A DNA stretch of 64,000 nucleotides from positions 1,890 to 65,889 of the forward strand of contig JBCCFL010000034.1 of the NCBI GenBank assembly GCA_039029735.1, in the 5' to 3' direction. The notes below the pieces were generated by a model. It was given only the letters and a program-made list of their open reading frames with translations, did not search any database and had not been told where the DNA came from. The first letter of the stretch is position 1. The number at the start of each line of letters is the position of its first letter. Shown here in pieces: positions 28,125 to 40,285 of this stretch. A program made the translations under genes and the position numbers. This DNA comes from Actinomycetota bacterium. GTDB taxonomy: Bacteria; Actinomycetota; Acidimicrobiia; Acidimicrobiales; SZUA-35.

Positions 28125-29120
28125 TCAGCCGGCGATGCCGATACACACCTCGCACTGGGCGTCCCAGTCCACCGCATTGGCGGCTTGGCGGTCGTTCTCT
28201 GACTGGTACTGCGGCTCGTCGGAGCGGCCGTTGCGGGTGTCGCCGGCGGAGCCAGAGGTGGAGCCAGCGTTCTGACGGCGCCGACTCCAGCTCAGCGGCG
28301 ATCCCTTCCAGTCGTCGTCCACGTAGCGATAGGGCAGGTCGACAATGCCGGGCGCAGCCATGGCATGGGCCGCCTCGAGCCCCTCGGTGAGGATCGTCCG
28401 CTGGCCGGGCTGGTCATGGGGCAGACCCGTGGTGTGACCGAGGGGGAGATCGAGGAACACTGACCGGGGCGGGTTGGCGTGCGCCGTGATCGTGCGAGCA
28501 GAGGTGAAGCCGATCGTCGGCATGCCGGCGGCTTCGAGATGGCGTGCGATCAGTCCGACCGACTGATGGCAGACCGGTCAAACCGGCACGAGGAGCACGA
28601 GATCGGCTTCCTCAGCCGCGCACAGGTCGAGCAGGCGTGGCACCGTCTCGGCCTCCAGCCGACGGGTGGAGTAGATGCCGCCCATGAAGGCGAACGACCG
28701 CGGGCTCAACTCGCCGATCACGCCGTCGGTGGCCATCTCGTTGAGCCGGTCGAGCGGGAACACGCAGTTCGGATCGTGGCGAGCGTCGGTCTGGTCGTAG
28801 GCGAAGTGGGCGGTACGGAGCTCGGAGGTGGGAGTGTCGGTGTCGATCACCCGCACTGACGTGTCGTCCTTGGTGTGGAAGGCGACCTGGCCCCGCCGGT
28901 ACAGCCCGCCCGACCCGACGAGTGTGACCCGGCACTGCGACAACGGCTTGTCGATCGGAACGAACGCCGGTGCCTCGGCGCGCTCGGCCCAGCGATACGA
29001 GTCGTAGCCGAGCGAGTCGTAGAGAGACCTGGTTTCTTCGATGTAGTCGGCAGGGGGGAGCGGGGAGTGGCCCGCTCTCAGCTCGGACGGCGCAGCATCA
29101 TCGGCCGGGGTGGGATCCAT
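28125..29120 (-). CDS. Selenoprotein of the D-proline/glycine reductase component B family (PrdB/GrdB-like); Sec encoded by TGA 28580-28578 (codon 181)
   Basis: KPLSQCRVTLVGSGG, DARHDPNCVFPLDRL.E...G.IG, then VLLVPV-U-PVCHQSVGLIARHLEAAGMPT; the frame continues past TGA to a stop at 28125. Confidence 0.85.
28549..28567 (-). promoter_or_regulatory. Putative bacterial SECIS hairpin
   Basis: mRNA UGA-CCGGUCUGCC-AUCAGUC-GGUCG-GACUGAU: perfect 7-bp stem with a G-starting loop 17 nt after the UGA. Confidence 0.75.
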
Positions 29121-29124
29121 CGCG

Positions 29125-30360
29125 TCATTCTGACACGGCCGCCGAGGTGGCCGCGAACGCTCCAGGGGCGGCGAACAGGTCTCGCCGCCATCGGTGGGGC
29201 GTGGCGACGGCGGCGCGGGGGTAGTCCTCGAACAACCAGCGGACGAAGTTCTTCCGGGTCCATGGGGTGGCACCGGCGACATCGATGGCCAACGTCGCGC
29301 CCCGCGGGGACGAGAGCACGTTCGACAGGGTGCGGGCCAGCGCGTGGTCGCGTTGCATGCCGCGGCGCAGGTCGGTGCGGTAGCGCTCGGCCACGACGTC
29401 CACTGCTGTGGCCGGGTCGCCCGCAAGAGCCGCAACAGCGGCCCGTCCGGTGTCGAGGGCCTGTCCGATGCCTTCGCCTGTCATCGGATCGGTGGCGGCT
29501 GCGGCGTCGCCAACGAACAGCACACGGCCACTCGTGAGCGGTGATCGGCCGAGCCGGGCCGGGATGGGCCAGGCTCGGTGGGCCGCTTCGGGTTGGGCAT
29601 CGGGGCCGAGGAACTCGGCGATGTGAGGCCGGGTCAGGATCTCGGGCCAGAGGTCCTTCATGTCCTGTGTGTTGTGCCGGCCGCCGCGCTGGATACCGAA
29701 GCCGACGTTGGCCGTCCCGTCGCCGAGCGGGAACGACCATACGTAGCCCGGCAACAGGTCGGGCTCGAACCAGACGATGAGCTCACTGGCGGCCCGGTCT
29801 GACACGCCCACCATGTACTGGCGGAAGGCGTGCCACTCGCCGAGGTAGCGGGGGGTGGCCAGGCCAAGCATCTTGCGGGTGGGTGACCACATCCCGTCGG
29901 CGGCCACGAGCCACCGGGCGGTGATCGTGGCGCCTCCGGCCTCGGCCACCACCGCATCGTCGGTTGTGCTCACGGCTGTGAGCGGGGTGTTCTGCCGCAC
30001 GGTGGCACCGGCCTTCTCGGCCATGGTCACGAGCGCCGCATCGAGTTCGCGGCGGCGGCACACGGCGGCGAACGCGCCCGAGTCGCGGGGAAGGGGGAAG
30101 ACGATCTCTCGACCCCGCGGGCTTCGGAGCACGACGTCGTCGACCTGCATCCAGCTCGGCAGCGCTGATCGATCGAGACCCAGGTCGTCGAGGGTGCGCA
30201 GCGCGCCGGCGGTGAGGCCGTCACCGCAGCACTTGTCGCGAGGAAACTCGGTCTTGTCGACCATCACGGTACTGAGGCCGGCTTGCGCCGCATCGATGGC
30301 GGCGGCTGAACCCGCCGGTCCGGCACCGACGATCAGAACATCACAGTCAAAGGAAGTCAC
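29125..30360 (-). CDS. Geranylgeranyl-reductase-family flavoprotein (MenJ-like)
   Basis: DVLIVGAGPAG, FPRDKCCGDGL, PGYVWSFP, VGDAA...DPMTGEGIGQA. Confidence 0.9.
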   Translation of the reverse strand: MTSFDCDVLIVGAGPAGSAAAIDAAQAGLSTVMVDKTEFPRDKCCGDGLTAGALRTLDDLGLDRSALPSWMQVDDVVLRSPRGREIVFPLPRDSGAFAAVCRRRELDAALVTMAEKAGATVRQNTPLTAVSTTDDAVVAEAGGATITARWLVAADGMWSPTRKMLGLATPRYLGEWHAFRQYMVGVSDRAASELIVWFEPDLLPGYVWSFPLGDGTANVGFGIQRGGRHNTQDMKDLWPEILTRPHIAEFLGPDAQPEAAHRAWPIPARLGRSPLTSGRVLFVGDAAAATDPMTGEGIGQALDTGRAAVAALAGDPATAVDVVAERYRTDLRRGMQRDHALARTLSNVLSSPRGATLAIDVAGATPWTRKNFVRWLFEDYPRAAVATPHRWRRDLFAAPGAFAATSAAVSE

Positions 30361-30449
30361 GCGTCGGCGACGGTACCAGTGCACCCCCCGCCGATGCGGG
30401 GTCAGGCCTTTGCGAGTTCGCCCGGGGGCGAACGTCGTTGGTGGGCCGA

Positions 30450-33400
30450 TCAGCCCTCGTCGCCGGGGGCGGGGGCGGGATCTGGATCTGGATCGGGCGC
30501 TGGGTCCGGGATCGGCTCGGGCTCGGGCGTCGGCTCGGGCTCGGGCTCCGGCGTTGGCGGCAGCGTCGGACCCGCCGGATCAGGGGGAACGGTGGAGTTG
30601 CCGTTGCAGTCCAGACCCTCGGCCGGCCGATACAGGGCGAACACGGAGTCCTCGACCACCTCGCCGCCGGGGTAGGTGCGGATCCGAGGTGTGGTGTAGA
30701 TCGAGCACTGGCCCCGTGAGCTGCGGAGCAGTGGCAGGTCCTCCACCTCGATGTGCTTGGTCGAATAGAAGGTGACCGTGATCGAGGTGCTCGTGTAGGT
30801 CGGCCACACCAGAATCCCGTAGTCGGTGGTGTTCTTCACCGACAGGTCGGGGCGAGGGAACGAGATCGTGGCCTCGCGGCCCCGCGGGTAGCGGGTGAAG
30901 TAGAGCGAGTGCGACTGGTACTCGTTGAAGTCGAGGCCGGCGTAGAACGCGGCATTGAAGAACGTGGTGGCGAACTGGCTCACGCCTCCGCCCACCTGAG
31001 GCTCCAGCACGCCATTGGCGATGGCACCGGCGGCTACGAAGCCGTTCTCGGTGGTGCGGCGGCCGACGTGGCTGTTGAGGGAGAAGTCCTCGCCGGGGCG
31101 GATGATCACGCCGCTTGTGAGATCGGCGAAGCGCTGGATGTTGGTGACGCGACCCTGGCAGCACGAGTGGTTCGTGGTGAAGGTGCTCACCTCTTCGATG
31201 ATCCCGAGCGACTCAAGCTCGGTGACACCCTCGTCACTTCCGACGACCTCGGGCTCGATCACGACCACCCGGCGCTCGGCCTCGTCGTCCTCGTCCTCGT
31301 CGTCCTCGTCCTCGGCCTCGGTGTCGTTCGAGGGGGGAGGGGGTGGCGACGCCAGGTCGTCCTTGAGATCACCGACCGAGACGACGTCGCAGCAGACGAC
31401 AGTCTCCGACGCAGGCACGATCACCGGTTTGTCGTTCACGATCGTGAACCGAGCCTGCTGATCCTCCGAGCCGAGCACGGGGAAGGCAGGCTTGAGCACG
31501 TCCAGGGCACGGTCGGTGTCGATCACCCAGCCGGCCTCGCCGTCGTCGAGCGTCAACTCGACCCAGCTCTGGAGGTCATCCCGGCTGATCTCGGCCGTGG
31601 CGTCGAGCACCTGCACCAGGAGAGGGCTCGCCGTTGCCTCATTGGCCTCGTCGGCCACGTTCTGGATCTGGCCGTCGGTGTAGACCGGGATGGCTTCGTC
31701 GGCATCGAGTTCCACCATGCGGTCGCCGCCGTCGCCGAGTGCCGCCGGAAGGGCAGCGGCCAGCTGATCGGTGTCGAAGGTGATGGCGGTGGCGCCCGGC
31801 TCGACGCGGAACTCGTTGTTCGTCAGCACGAGCTCCGGTTCCCGAGGCTCGCCCAGCTCGGTACTGATCAGAGCCGAGCCGGCGTCGGCCGTGACCTCGG
31901 AGTCAACGAGGTAGGTCGGCTCGATCACCGTCTCACCGAAGAAGCTGCCGACCCAGCGGAACGGGCCGCCCCGGCGGGCCTCGAGAGCGGCGTCGGTGAT
32001 GGTCTCGGCGTCCAGCGATGCGCCGAGGCTCGCGGCAGATGCCGAGATGGTCTGCTCGCCGACCACGAGTTCGAGGTCGGTGTCGGCCAGATCGGCGTCC
32101 AGATCGGCGATGGTGTCGGCGAGCTCCTCTTCGCTCTGACCACCGATCGGGGTGGAGCCGAGCACGGTGCCTCGGGCCACCTCACCTCGGGTGAGGATCG
32201 AGTCGAGTAGCCATGCGGCCAGGAACAACACCACGACGCCCACGAGCACGAACGCAACGGCCGTGACCGGGCGAAGGCCCCGTGAGCGTCCGGTCTTGAC
32301 TGCGGGGACGGCGGCCGGCGCATCACTCGGGGCGACCGCCGGGTCGCCGACGGGGATGACCATTGTGTCGCCCCCGACGTCGGCGGGGAACTCCTTCGTG
32401 GTCTCCTCAGCCGTGGTGTCATCAGCGTCGGCCGGGGTGGGGATGGCGACAGTTGCGTCGGCGTCGTCTGGCGAGTGCTCACCGTCAGGCTTGGTGTCGG
32501 TGTCGGTGTCGGGGGCAACGAGTGGAACTGCAGGCGCAGACCCTGTTGCGGCGCCGGAGGTGGTCGGTTGGAAGCCCAGGGCGACGGTCTCCGCCTCGCC
32601 TGGCCCCGACGACGGCGCAGCCGCACTGTCGGGCGGTGGTGGCGATGCATCCGACGTGGTGGCGCCGTCGTCGCCGCCGGACTCGGCCGCCTTGATCTTC
32701 GCCACCTCGGCCGCTCCGAGGGCGACCGTGTCGTCAACGGCGTCGGCGGCGTCGGTGCTGCCCGAGGTTTCACCAGCCGGACTGTCGGCCGAGGTGTCGG
32801 TTGCGCCGAGAGCCACGGTGGCATCCGTCGTGTTGTCGCTGGAGCCAGCGGCGTCTGCTGCCGCGATCGCAACGGTTGCGTCCGTGACGGGATCGCTGGC
32901 GTCAGCGTCGGTGGCGGCGTCGGCCGCGCCGAGGGCGACGGTCGCGTCGGAGGTGTCGTCGTCGGCCCCGGCCGGCGGGTCCTCGTCAGTGGGCTGGAAG
33001 CCGAGCGCGATCGTGGCGGCGTCGCTGGTTGCGGGAGGCTCGGGCGTCGCCGCTGGCGGGCGGCTCACGATCACGGTGTCGTCAGGGTCGCCAGCCGCAT
33101 CGGTCGCCGGCTCGTCGATGGTCACGCCATCGGTGCCGACTGGATCGGTCGGAGGGGTGTCGCTCGGAGCCGCAGCGGCGCTGGCGTTGACGATCACCGT
33201 TGGATCGGCGTCGTCGAGATCGGTCGGTGAAGGCGGAGGTACCACGTCCGCTCCGTCGGCATCACCTGGGCCATCTGGACCAGTCGCATCGGGAGCAGAT
33301 TCACCTGGGTGGGCGGGAGGCGACGGCGGAGTGGCCACGCCCACGATCACCGTGGCGTCACTGGCGTCACTGGCGTCACTGGCGTCACTGGCGTCACTGG

Positions 33401-34706
33401 CGTTGCTGGCGTCACTGGCGTCACTGGCGTTGCTGGCGTCACTGGCGGTCTCGGGCGTGGCCGGTGTCGATGTGTCTGCGTCCGCGGCCGGGGCCGAGTC
33501 GTCATTCGAGGTCGAGGTCGAGGTCGAGGCGGCGTCGGCGTCCGGCGTATCGGCCGGCGGTACCTGTAGCACCTGGGCGTGATGCGGGTCAGCGGCGAAG
33601 GTCGGGGTGAACACCACCGTGTCCTCGCCTGACGACTCGTCATCGCCGTTCTCGGCCGACGGCGCGTCGTCGGTGGCCGAGGCCTCGTCGTCGACTGTTG
33701 TGGCGCCCGGTGGAGGCGGAGGCGGGCCACCGACGGGCTTCGTCACCTGGTCACCCGGGTTGGACGGCGCAGCGGCGGCCACAGTGTCATCGTCGGACGA
33801 CTGCTCGGCCGCTGGCGCACCGGCCTCGTCGGCCGCCGGGGCGCTGTCGGCGTCTGTCGCCTCGGCGGCGCGTTCGCCGTGCTCATTCTCCTCGGCGGTG
33901 GCCGTGGCTTCTGGGGTGGCCTCCGCGTGTACCGCGCCCTCGGCATCGACGGGCGGCGAGGGTGCAGCCTCGGGGTCGATGACCGGAGGGGTGGAACCCC
34001 CGGCCGCCAGGATCGCCGTCGGTTCGTCGAGCGTGGACGGCGCAGTGGAGGAGCGTGGTTCCACACTGACCGTGTCCTCGGCTGGCGTTGCAGGCAGGGC
34101 CAGCACGGCGTCGTCTGCGTCGGATCCGGTGATCTTCACCGTTCCGGTCGGCGCATCACCGCCTGTTGCTGCATCACCGCCTGTTGCTGCATCACCGTCG
34201 GCGGCTGCATCACCGTCGGCGGTTGCATCGCCTCCGGCTGGTGTGTCGCCTTCGGCTGGTGCGTCGCCTTCGGCTGGTGCGTCGACGGCGGCTGGCGTGT
34301 CGCTGGTGGGCGCTGCGCTGCCCTCGGTGGCGGCGTCGTCGACCATGCCCAGCATGGCGGGAACCTGATCGGCGGCTGGAGCCCGCCCGACGATCACGGT
34401 GTCACCGTCGGAGCCGGTGCCCTCGTGCGCTGCAGCGTGGCCGCTCGACTCCTGTGGCTCACTGGGCGTGCCTGAGTCGTCGCCGCCGGAGTCGGTGACG
34501 TCGGCGCCTTCTGTGGTGTCGGTGGAGGATCCACCGGTAAGCATTTCGATGAGCTCTGACAACTCGTCGTGACCGAGGCGAATCGTCTCGTCGGGCGCCT
34601 CGCCGGATCGATCCGGTCGGTCAGCTCCCGGCGTGGGGTTTCCCCCGCCCGGGGTCGGCGACGAGTCGCCAGGCACCGCTTCGCCGTCGTTGTTCGGTTC
34701 GGTCAC
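30450..34706 (-). CDS. VanW-family membrane protein with about 800-aa acidic disordered N-terminus, PG_binding_4-like repeats and Pro-rich tail
   Basis: RVTNIQR..D....[40 protein letters not shown]...NTT; one TM near 32210-32270. Confidence 0.85.
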   Translation of the reverse strand: MTEPNNDGEAVPGDSSPTPGGGNPTPGADRPDRSGEAPDETIRLGHDELSELIEMLTGGSSTDTTEGADVTDSGGDDSGTPSEPQESSGHAAAHEGTGSDGDTVIVGRAPAADQVPAMLGMVDDAATEGSAAPTSDTPAAVDAPAEGDAPAEGDTPAGGDATADGDAAADGDAATGGDAATGGDAPTGTVKITGSDADDAVLALPATPAEDTVSVEPRSSTAPSTLDEPTAILAAGGSTPPVIDPEAAPSPPVDAEGAVHAEATPEATATAEENEHGERAAEATDADSAPAADEAGAPAAEQSSDDDTVAAAAPSNPGDQVTKPVGGPPPPPPGATTVDDEASATDDAPSAENGDDESSGEDTVVFTPTFAADPHHAQVLQVPPADTPDADAASTSTSTSNDDSAPAADADTSTPATPETASDASNASDASDASNASDASDASDASDASDATVIVGVATPPSPPAHPGESAPDATGPDGPGDADGADVVPPPSPTDLDDADPTVIVNASAAAAPSDTPPTDPVGTDGVTIDEPATDAAGDPDDTVIVSRPPAATPEPPATSDAATIALGFQPTDEDPPAGADDDTSDATVALGAADAATDADASDPVTDATVAIAAADAAGSSDNTTDATVALGATDTSADSPAGETSGSTDAADAVDDTVALGAAEVAKIKAAESGGDDGATTSDASPPPPDSAAAPSSGPGEAETVALGFQPTTSGAATGSAPAVPLVAPDTDTDTKPDGEHSPDDADATVAIPTPADADDTTAEETTKEFPADVGGDTMVIPVGDPAVAPSDAPAAVPAVKTGRSRGLRPVTAVAFVLVGVVVLFLAAWLLDSILTRGEVARGTVLGSTPIGGQSEEELADTIADLDADLADTDLELVVGEQTISASAASLGASLDAETITDAALEARRGGPFRWVGSFFGETVIEPTYLVDSEVTADAGSALISTELGEPREPELVLTNNEFRVEPGATAITFDTDQLAAALPAALGDGGDRMVELDADEAIPVYTDGQIQNVADEANEATASPLLVQVLDATAEISRDDLQSWVELTLDDGEAGWVIDTDRALDVLKPAFPVLGSEDQQARFTIVNDKPVIVPASETVVCCDVVSVGDLKDDLASPPPPPSNDTEAEDEDDEDEDDEAERRVVVIEPEVVGSDEGVTELESLGIIEEVSTFTTNHSCCQGRVTNIQRFADLTSGVIIRPGEDFSLNSHVGRRTTENGFVAAGAIANGVLEPQVGGGVSQFATTFFNAAFYAGLDFNEYQSHSLYFTRYPRGREATISFPRPDLSVKNTTDYGILVWPTYTSTSITVTFYSTKHIEVEDLPLLRSSRGQCSIYTTPRIRTYPGGEVVEDSVFALYRPAEGLDCNGNSTVPPDPAGPTLPPTPEPEPEPTPEPEPIPDPAPDPDPDPAPAPGDEG
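33353..33447. repeat. 9-bp coding tandem repeat, about 10 units (Ala-Ser-Asp/Asn)
   Basis: (tggcgtcac)n with two tggcgttgc variants. Confidence 0.9.
34150..34285. repeat. Degenerate 18-bp coding tandem repeat (GDA/TxxG/E hexapeptide)
   Basis: gcatcaccgcctgttgct x2 plus variants encoding [36 protein letters not shown]. Confidence 0.8.
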
Positions 34707-34808
34707 TGGACAAAGAGTTTGCCATGGGCGAACCCCCAGGTCCGCTCATGGTTTTCGTGTTTCTCCGGAGCTGTGACATGATCGAAACCCGCACAGGGGA
34801 GGTAGCCA

Positions 34809-35735
34809 ATGAGTGGTCTTTGTGAGGGCCGGATTGCCATCGTGACGGGCGCCGGACGAGGCATCGGTCGAGAGCATGCACTCATGCTCGCCGCCGAGGG
34901 CGCCAAGGTGGTCGTGAACGATCTCGGTGGCGAGGTCGACGGCACGGGCGGCGACGGCTCGCCAGCGCAGCAGGTGGTCAAGGAGATCACCGACATGGGC
35001 GGCGAGGCCATCGCGAATGGCGACGACGTGTCCGACTGGGAAGGCTCCCAGCGGATGGTCAACATGGCCGTCGAGACCTTCGGTGGGCTCGATGCGATCG
35101 TGAACAATGCCGGCATCCTTCGCGACCGCATGCTGGCCAACATGACCGAAGCCGAGTGGGATGCGGTGATCAAGGTGCATCTCAAGGGCACCTTTGCCCC
35201 CGCCCGGTGGGCCGCGGCCTATTGGCGGGAGCGGGCCAAGGCGGGTGAGACGAACGACGGCCGGATCATCAACACCAGCTCGGTGTCGGGCATCTACGGC
35301 AACCCTGGTCAAACGAACTACGGCGCCGCCAAAGCCGGCATCGCCGCCTTCACCGTGATCGCCGCTCAGGAGATGCACCGCTACGGCGTGACGGTGAACG
35401 CCATTGCCCCCGGAGCGCTCACCCGGATGACCGAGAACCTCGGCATGGGTGAGCTCGACGAGGAGGGCAAGGAATCGATGAGCCCCCGCTGGATCGCGCC
35501 GATCTGTGCGTGGCTCGTGTCGACCGAGTCCGCCCCGGTTACCGGGCGTGTATTCGAGGCCAGCGGCCGCGTGCTCGGTATCGCCGAGATGTGGAACCGT
35601 GGGCCCACGGTCGAACCCGTCGACGACCCGAAGCTGATCGGCCCGCTCGTGAAGGACCTCATGGCCCAGGCCCAGCCGAACAGCGACATGAATGGCGCCC
35701 CGGTCACCGGCCCCGGCCGCCCCACCCCGTATTAA
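34809..35735 (+). CDS. SDR oxidoreductase (3-hydroxyacyl-CoA dehydrogenase, MFE-2-like)
   Basis: TGAGRGIG, VNDLG, NNAGILRD, NYGAAKAG. Confidence 0.93.
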   Translation: MSGLCEGRIAIVTGAGRGIGREHALMLAAEGAKVVVNDLGGEVDGTGGDGSPAQQVVKEITDMGGEAIANGDDVSDWEGSQRMVNMAVETFGGLDAIVNNAGILRDRMLANMTEAEWDAVIKVHLKGTFAPARWAAAYWRERAKAGETNDGRIINTSSVSGIYGNPGQTNYGAAKAGIAAFTVIAAQEMHRYGVTVNAIAPGALTRMTENLGMGELDEEGKESMSPRWIAPICAWLVSTESAPVTGRVFEASGRVLGIAEMWNRGPTVEPVDDPKLIGPLVKDLMAQAQPNSDMNGAPVTGPGRPTPY

Positions 35736-35765
35736 CCCATTCGCTCCAACCAGGAGGACAACACC

Positions 35766-36638
35766 ATGCCGCTCAATCCAGATGCTGTTGGCGCCAAGGG
35801 CGAACCCCGCCGTGCGTCGTGGACCGCCGACGATGCGCTGCTCTACGCGCTCGGTATCGGCGCTGGGGTGACCGACCCCGTCGGCGACGAGCTCGAGTTC
35901 ACCACCGAGAACACGGCGGGCGTCGACCAGAAGGTGTTCCCGACGATGGTGGTGCTCTTCGGCTTCACCTCCAGCGGTGGCAAGTCGGCGATGAGCCAGA
36001 TCGGTTCGTTCGACCCCCGCATGCTCGTACACGGCGAGCAGGGGATCCGCCTGCATCGCCCAATGCCAACCAGTGGTGAGGTGGAGACCGTCGACGAGAT
36101 CACCGGGATCTACGACAAGGGCAAGGGCGCAGTGGTGGCCACGAAGACCACCGGCACCCTCGTCGAGGACGGCCAGACGCTGTACGAGTCGACGTCGTCG
36201 GTGTTCATCGTCGGCGAAGGCGGCTGGGGCGGAGATCGGGGCCCGAGCGAGAAGGCCAACGTGGCCCCCGATCGCGACCCGGACTACCAGGTTTCGGCCG
36301 ACACCCGGTCCGACCAGGCCCTGCTCTACCGGCTGTGCGGAGATCGCAACCCGCTCCACTCCGACAAGCAGTTCTCCGACGTGGGCGGCTTCCCGAAGCC
36401 GATCCTCCACGGGCTCTGCACCTACGGCTTCACGGGGCGCATGCTGCTCCACACACTGTGCGGCTCGGAGCCCGGGAACTTCTCGGGCATGGATGGCCGG
36501 TTCTCCTCGCCGGTGCTCCCGGGCGAGACGCTCACCGTCAAGGTGTGGGAGAACGGCGACAGTACCGCCACCTTCCAGACCCTCGGTGGCGACGGCCGCG
36601 TCGTGATCGACAACGGTGGTCTGCAATACACCAGCTGA
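35766..36638 (+). CDS. MaoC-family (R)-enoyl-CoA hydratase 2
   Basis: LLYALGIG, VHGEQ, YRLCGDRNPLHSD, PILHGLCTYG. Confidence 0.93.
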   Translation: MPLNPDAVGAKGEPRRASWTADDALLYALGIGAGVTDPVGDELEFTTENTAGVDQKVFPTMVVLFGFTSSGGKSAMSQIGSFDPRMLVHGEQGIRLHRPMPTSGEVETVDEITGIYDKGKGAVVATKTTGTLVEDGQTLYESTSSVFIVGEGGWGGDRGPSEKANVAPDRDPDYQVSADTRSDQALLYRLCGDRNPLHSDKQFSDVGGFPKPILHGLCTYGFTGRMLLHTLCGSEPGNFSGMDGRFSSPVLPGETLTVKVWENGDSTATFQTLGGDGRVVIDNGGLQYTS

Positions 36639-36659
36639 CCAGATTGGGATGATCAACTC

Positions 36660-36699
36660 ATGACAAGGGGCGGGGTCTATCGATCCCGCCCCTTGTCGT
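36660..36699 (+). terminator. GC-rich stem-loop after the SDR-MaoC operon
   Basis: GACAAGGGGCGGG (36662-36674) pairs with CCCGCCCCTTGTC (36685-36697); no U-tract. Confidence 0.7.
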
Positions 36700-36808
36700 A
36701 TGAGCAGACTGGCCCGGGTGGCTCCAACATCGTTCGCGTTGCAGGTGGGTCTCGATACGATCTCGATCGGGGCGAGCACGTACGGCTGAACGTGGAGGAC
36801 GGCGGGGG

Positions 36809-37938
<1,130 letters not shown>

Positions 37939-37942
<4 letters not shown>

Positions 37943-38598
37943 AACAGCTTCTGCTGGGGGCGCTCGATACCGCGGAGCTCGTCGTAGTCGACCTCGACCC
38001 AGTCGATCGCACGATCTGTGGCCAACGTCTTGGCCTGGAGCTTGATCTCCTGGGCCACGAACAGGCCGCGCACTGGTGACAGGTCGGGTTGACGGTTGAG
38101 GAAGTCGAGGTAGCGCGACAACTGCTCCACCCCGTCGATCTCGCCTCGGCGCTTGACCTCGACCGCCACCACCTGATCGGTGGCGTCTCGGCAGAGCAGG
38201 TCGACCGGGCCGATCTCGGTGGGGTATTCCCGGCGAATGAGCTTCATGCCGTCTCCGAGCTGCTCGGGGTCGATTGCCAGCAGCTCCTGGAGATGTGCCT
38301 CCACCCCGTCCTTCTGCAGGCCGGGGTCGTCACCGAACTCGTAGCTCGAATCGCTCAGGATCTCGTGCAGCGTGATCGTGAGCGTCTCGTCCTTGGGGTT
38401 GGTCACCACCCACGCCGCGTCGTCGGTGCGCAGCGTATTCGGCGCCGTCATCCAGTTGAGGGGCTTGTAGGCGCCGCCATCAGCGTGAACGGCCACGCAG
38501 CCGTCGGCCTTCACCATGATGAGCCGAACCGCCCGGGGGAGATGGGCTGTCAACCGACCGTCGTAGTCCACGGTGCAGTCGGCGACGAGCAGGCGCAT
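37939..38598 (-). CDS. nucS: Mismatch-specific endonuclease NucS/EndoMS
   Basis: [63 protein letters not shown]. Confidence 0.96.
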
Positions 38599-40184
38599 CA
38601 GTCGAGATCGCGACCGCTCAGCCGCTTGGTGATCAGGGCCCGCCGCTCGCGCATCTCGGCGTAGCTCAGGCTGTCGTACTCGGCGGGGTCCACCCCGAGC
38701 CCGGCCTTCAGGCCCTCGGTGTCGACCTTCCACTCGTCCTGCTGCACGCCGAGCTGGTTGGCGATCGACGAACCGTGGGTGGTGGCGAAGTGCATCGCGA
38801 TGTTGGTGACAACAGAGAACATGTCGAGTTCGGGGGCCAGCGTGGCGATTGCGCCGTCGACGAAGATCAGGTTCTTCACGTAGAGCATCAACGGCTTGGG
38901 TAGACGAGCACCGTAGCCGAGCAGGGCCTTCACGATGCGCTGCAGCTCGGCGATCAGTTCCTCGGGCGTCATCTTCGATGGGTCCGGTGGCGGGCCGTCG
39001 AGCCCGAGATCGGCGATTACTGCGTCGACGTCGGTGTCGGACGGGAGTGCGCCCAGGTCGCGCAGCGCAGCCACCTGACCATGGATGTCGTTCATGGTCG
39101 CCGTCATCATCATCCGCAGGAACGCCAGCCGCTCGTCCTCGGTGAGGCGGCCGGTGATGCCGAAGTCGACCAGACCGATGCGTCCGTCGTGAAGCACGAA
39201 GAGGTTCCCGCCGTGAAGGTCGCCGTGGAACACGCCATGCATGAAGGCGCCTTCGAGGAAGCCGAGCATCGCAGTCTGGATGATCTTGTGGGTGTCGAGC
39301 CCGGCATCGGTCATGCCAACCACGTCGTCGAAGCGGAAGCCCTCGAGCCGCTCCATCACCAGGATTCGCTTCGTCACGAAGTCGGGATGCGGGCGGGGCA
39401 CCACGAAGCCGGGCTGGTCGAGGCTCACGAACACCTCGGCGATGTCCATCATGTTGGCCGCTTCGAGCCGGAAGTCCAGCTCCTCGATGATCGTCTCGGC
39501 GAACAGCTCCACCAGCGCCGGGGGGTTCGCCAACGCCGACACCGGGATGCGGCCCACCAGGAACGGAGCCAGCCAGGCGAGCACCTTCAGATCGCGCCGT
39601 ACCAGTCGATCGATTCCCGGCCGCTGCACCTTGATCACCACGGTCTCACCCGTCTGCAGCACAGCGGCGTGCACCTGGGCGATCGAGGCTGCGGCCAGCG
39701 GCGTGGGTTCGATGGAGCGGAAGATGCGGTGCACGGGCGCGCCGAGTTCGGACTCGATCAGGGTCACCACGTCGCCATAGGGGACGGGCGGCACCTGATC
39801 ACGGCACTTCTTGCACTCGTCCACGAGCTCCTGGGGGAACACGCCTTCGCCCGCCGAGATGATCTGGGCCAGCTTGATGTACGTGGGGCCGAGGGTCTCG
39901 GCCGCCTCCCGAAACCGGCGACTGATGCCCTGGCGCGACCGGTCGGAGCCACGGTCCCGGACGTACCAGAGCACAACCGCCAGGCCGAGCACCCGGAGCA
40001 CGGTGAGCGCCCGGCTGACGGGCGGCAGCTTCGGTTGCCGGGTCAACGTGGGTAGCTCGGCTGCCTGGGCACGGCGAAGGCGCGCCACGGGGCGGCGCCA
40101 CAGAAGTTCGCGGGATGCGACGCTCCAGGGCGGGTTCTCGGAGAACGAGCCGATGTGGAGGTCGTCGGGCGGGCTGGAGGTCAT
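38598..40184 (-). CDS. AarF/ABC1/UbiB-family atypical kinase
   Basis: [46 protein letters not shown]. Confidence 0.92.
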   Translation of the reverse strand: MTSSPPDDLHIGSFSENPPWSVASRELLWRRPVARLRRAQAAELPTLTRQPKLPPVSRALTVLRVLGLAVVLWYVRDRGSDRSRQGISRRFREAAETLGPTYIKLAQIISAGEGVFPQELVDECKKCRDQVPPVPYGDVVTLIESELGAPVHRIFRSIEPTPLAAASIAQVHAAVLQTGETVVIKVQRPGIDRLVRRDLKVLAWLAPFLVGRIPVSALANPPALVELFAETIIEELDFRLEAANMMDIAEVFVSLDQPGFVVPRPHPDFVTKRILVMERLEGFRFDDVVGMTDAGLDTHKIIQTAMLGFLEGAFMHGVFHGDLHGGNLFVLHDGRIGLVDFGITGRLTEDERLAFLRMMMTATMNDIHGQVAALRDLGALPSDTDVDAVIADLGLDGPPPDPSKMTPEELIAELQRIVKALLGYGARLPKPLMLYVKNLIFVDGAIATLAPELDMFSVVTNIAMHFATTHGSSIANQLGVQQDEWKVDTEGLKAGLGVDPAEYDSLSYAEMRERRALITKRLSGRDLD

Positions 40185-40285
40185 CACAAGGCACCAGTGT
40201 GGGCGACGGAGAGCGGCAGGGCGGGATCGGGCGGCCGTGACCGACGGCCCAGCGCGGCGATGGGCATGGCGCGCCCTCGCTGGCG

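Noticed and set aside
28125-29435. Two separate ORFs or a nonsense pseudogene
   Set aside because: The stop is TGA at the UxxC catalytic position, the frame continues with family-typical sequence, and a SECIS-like hairpin follows; Sec recoding explains this better.
30450-31200. Vancomycin resistance locus
   Set aside because: Only a VanW domain is present, with no vanHAX or vanRS; VanW-domain proteins are widespread cell-envelope proteins.
33353-33447. CRISPR, iteron or phase-variation tract
   Set aside because: It is a 9-bp in-frame coding VNTR; copy-number changes keep the reading frame.
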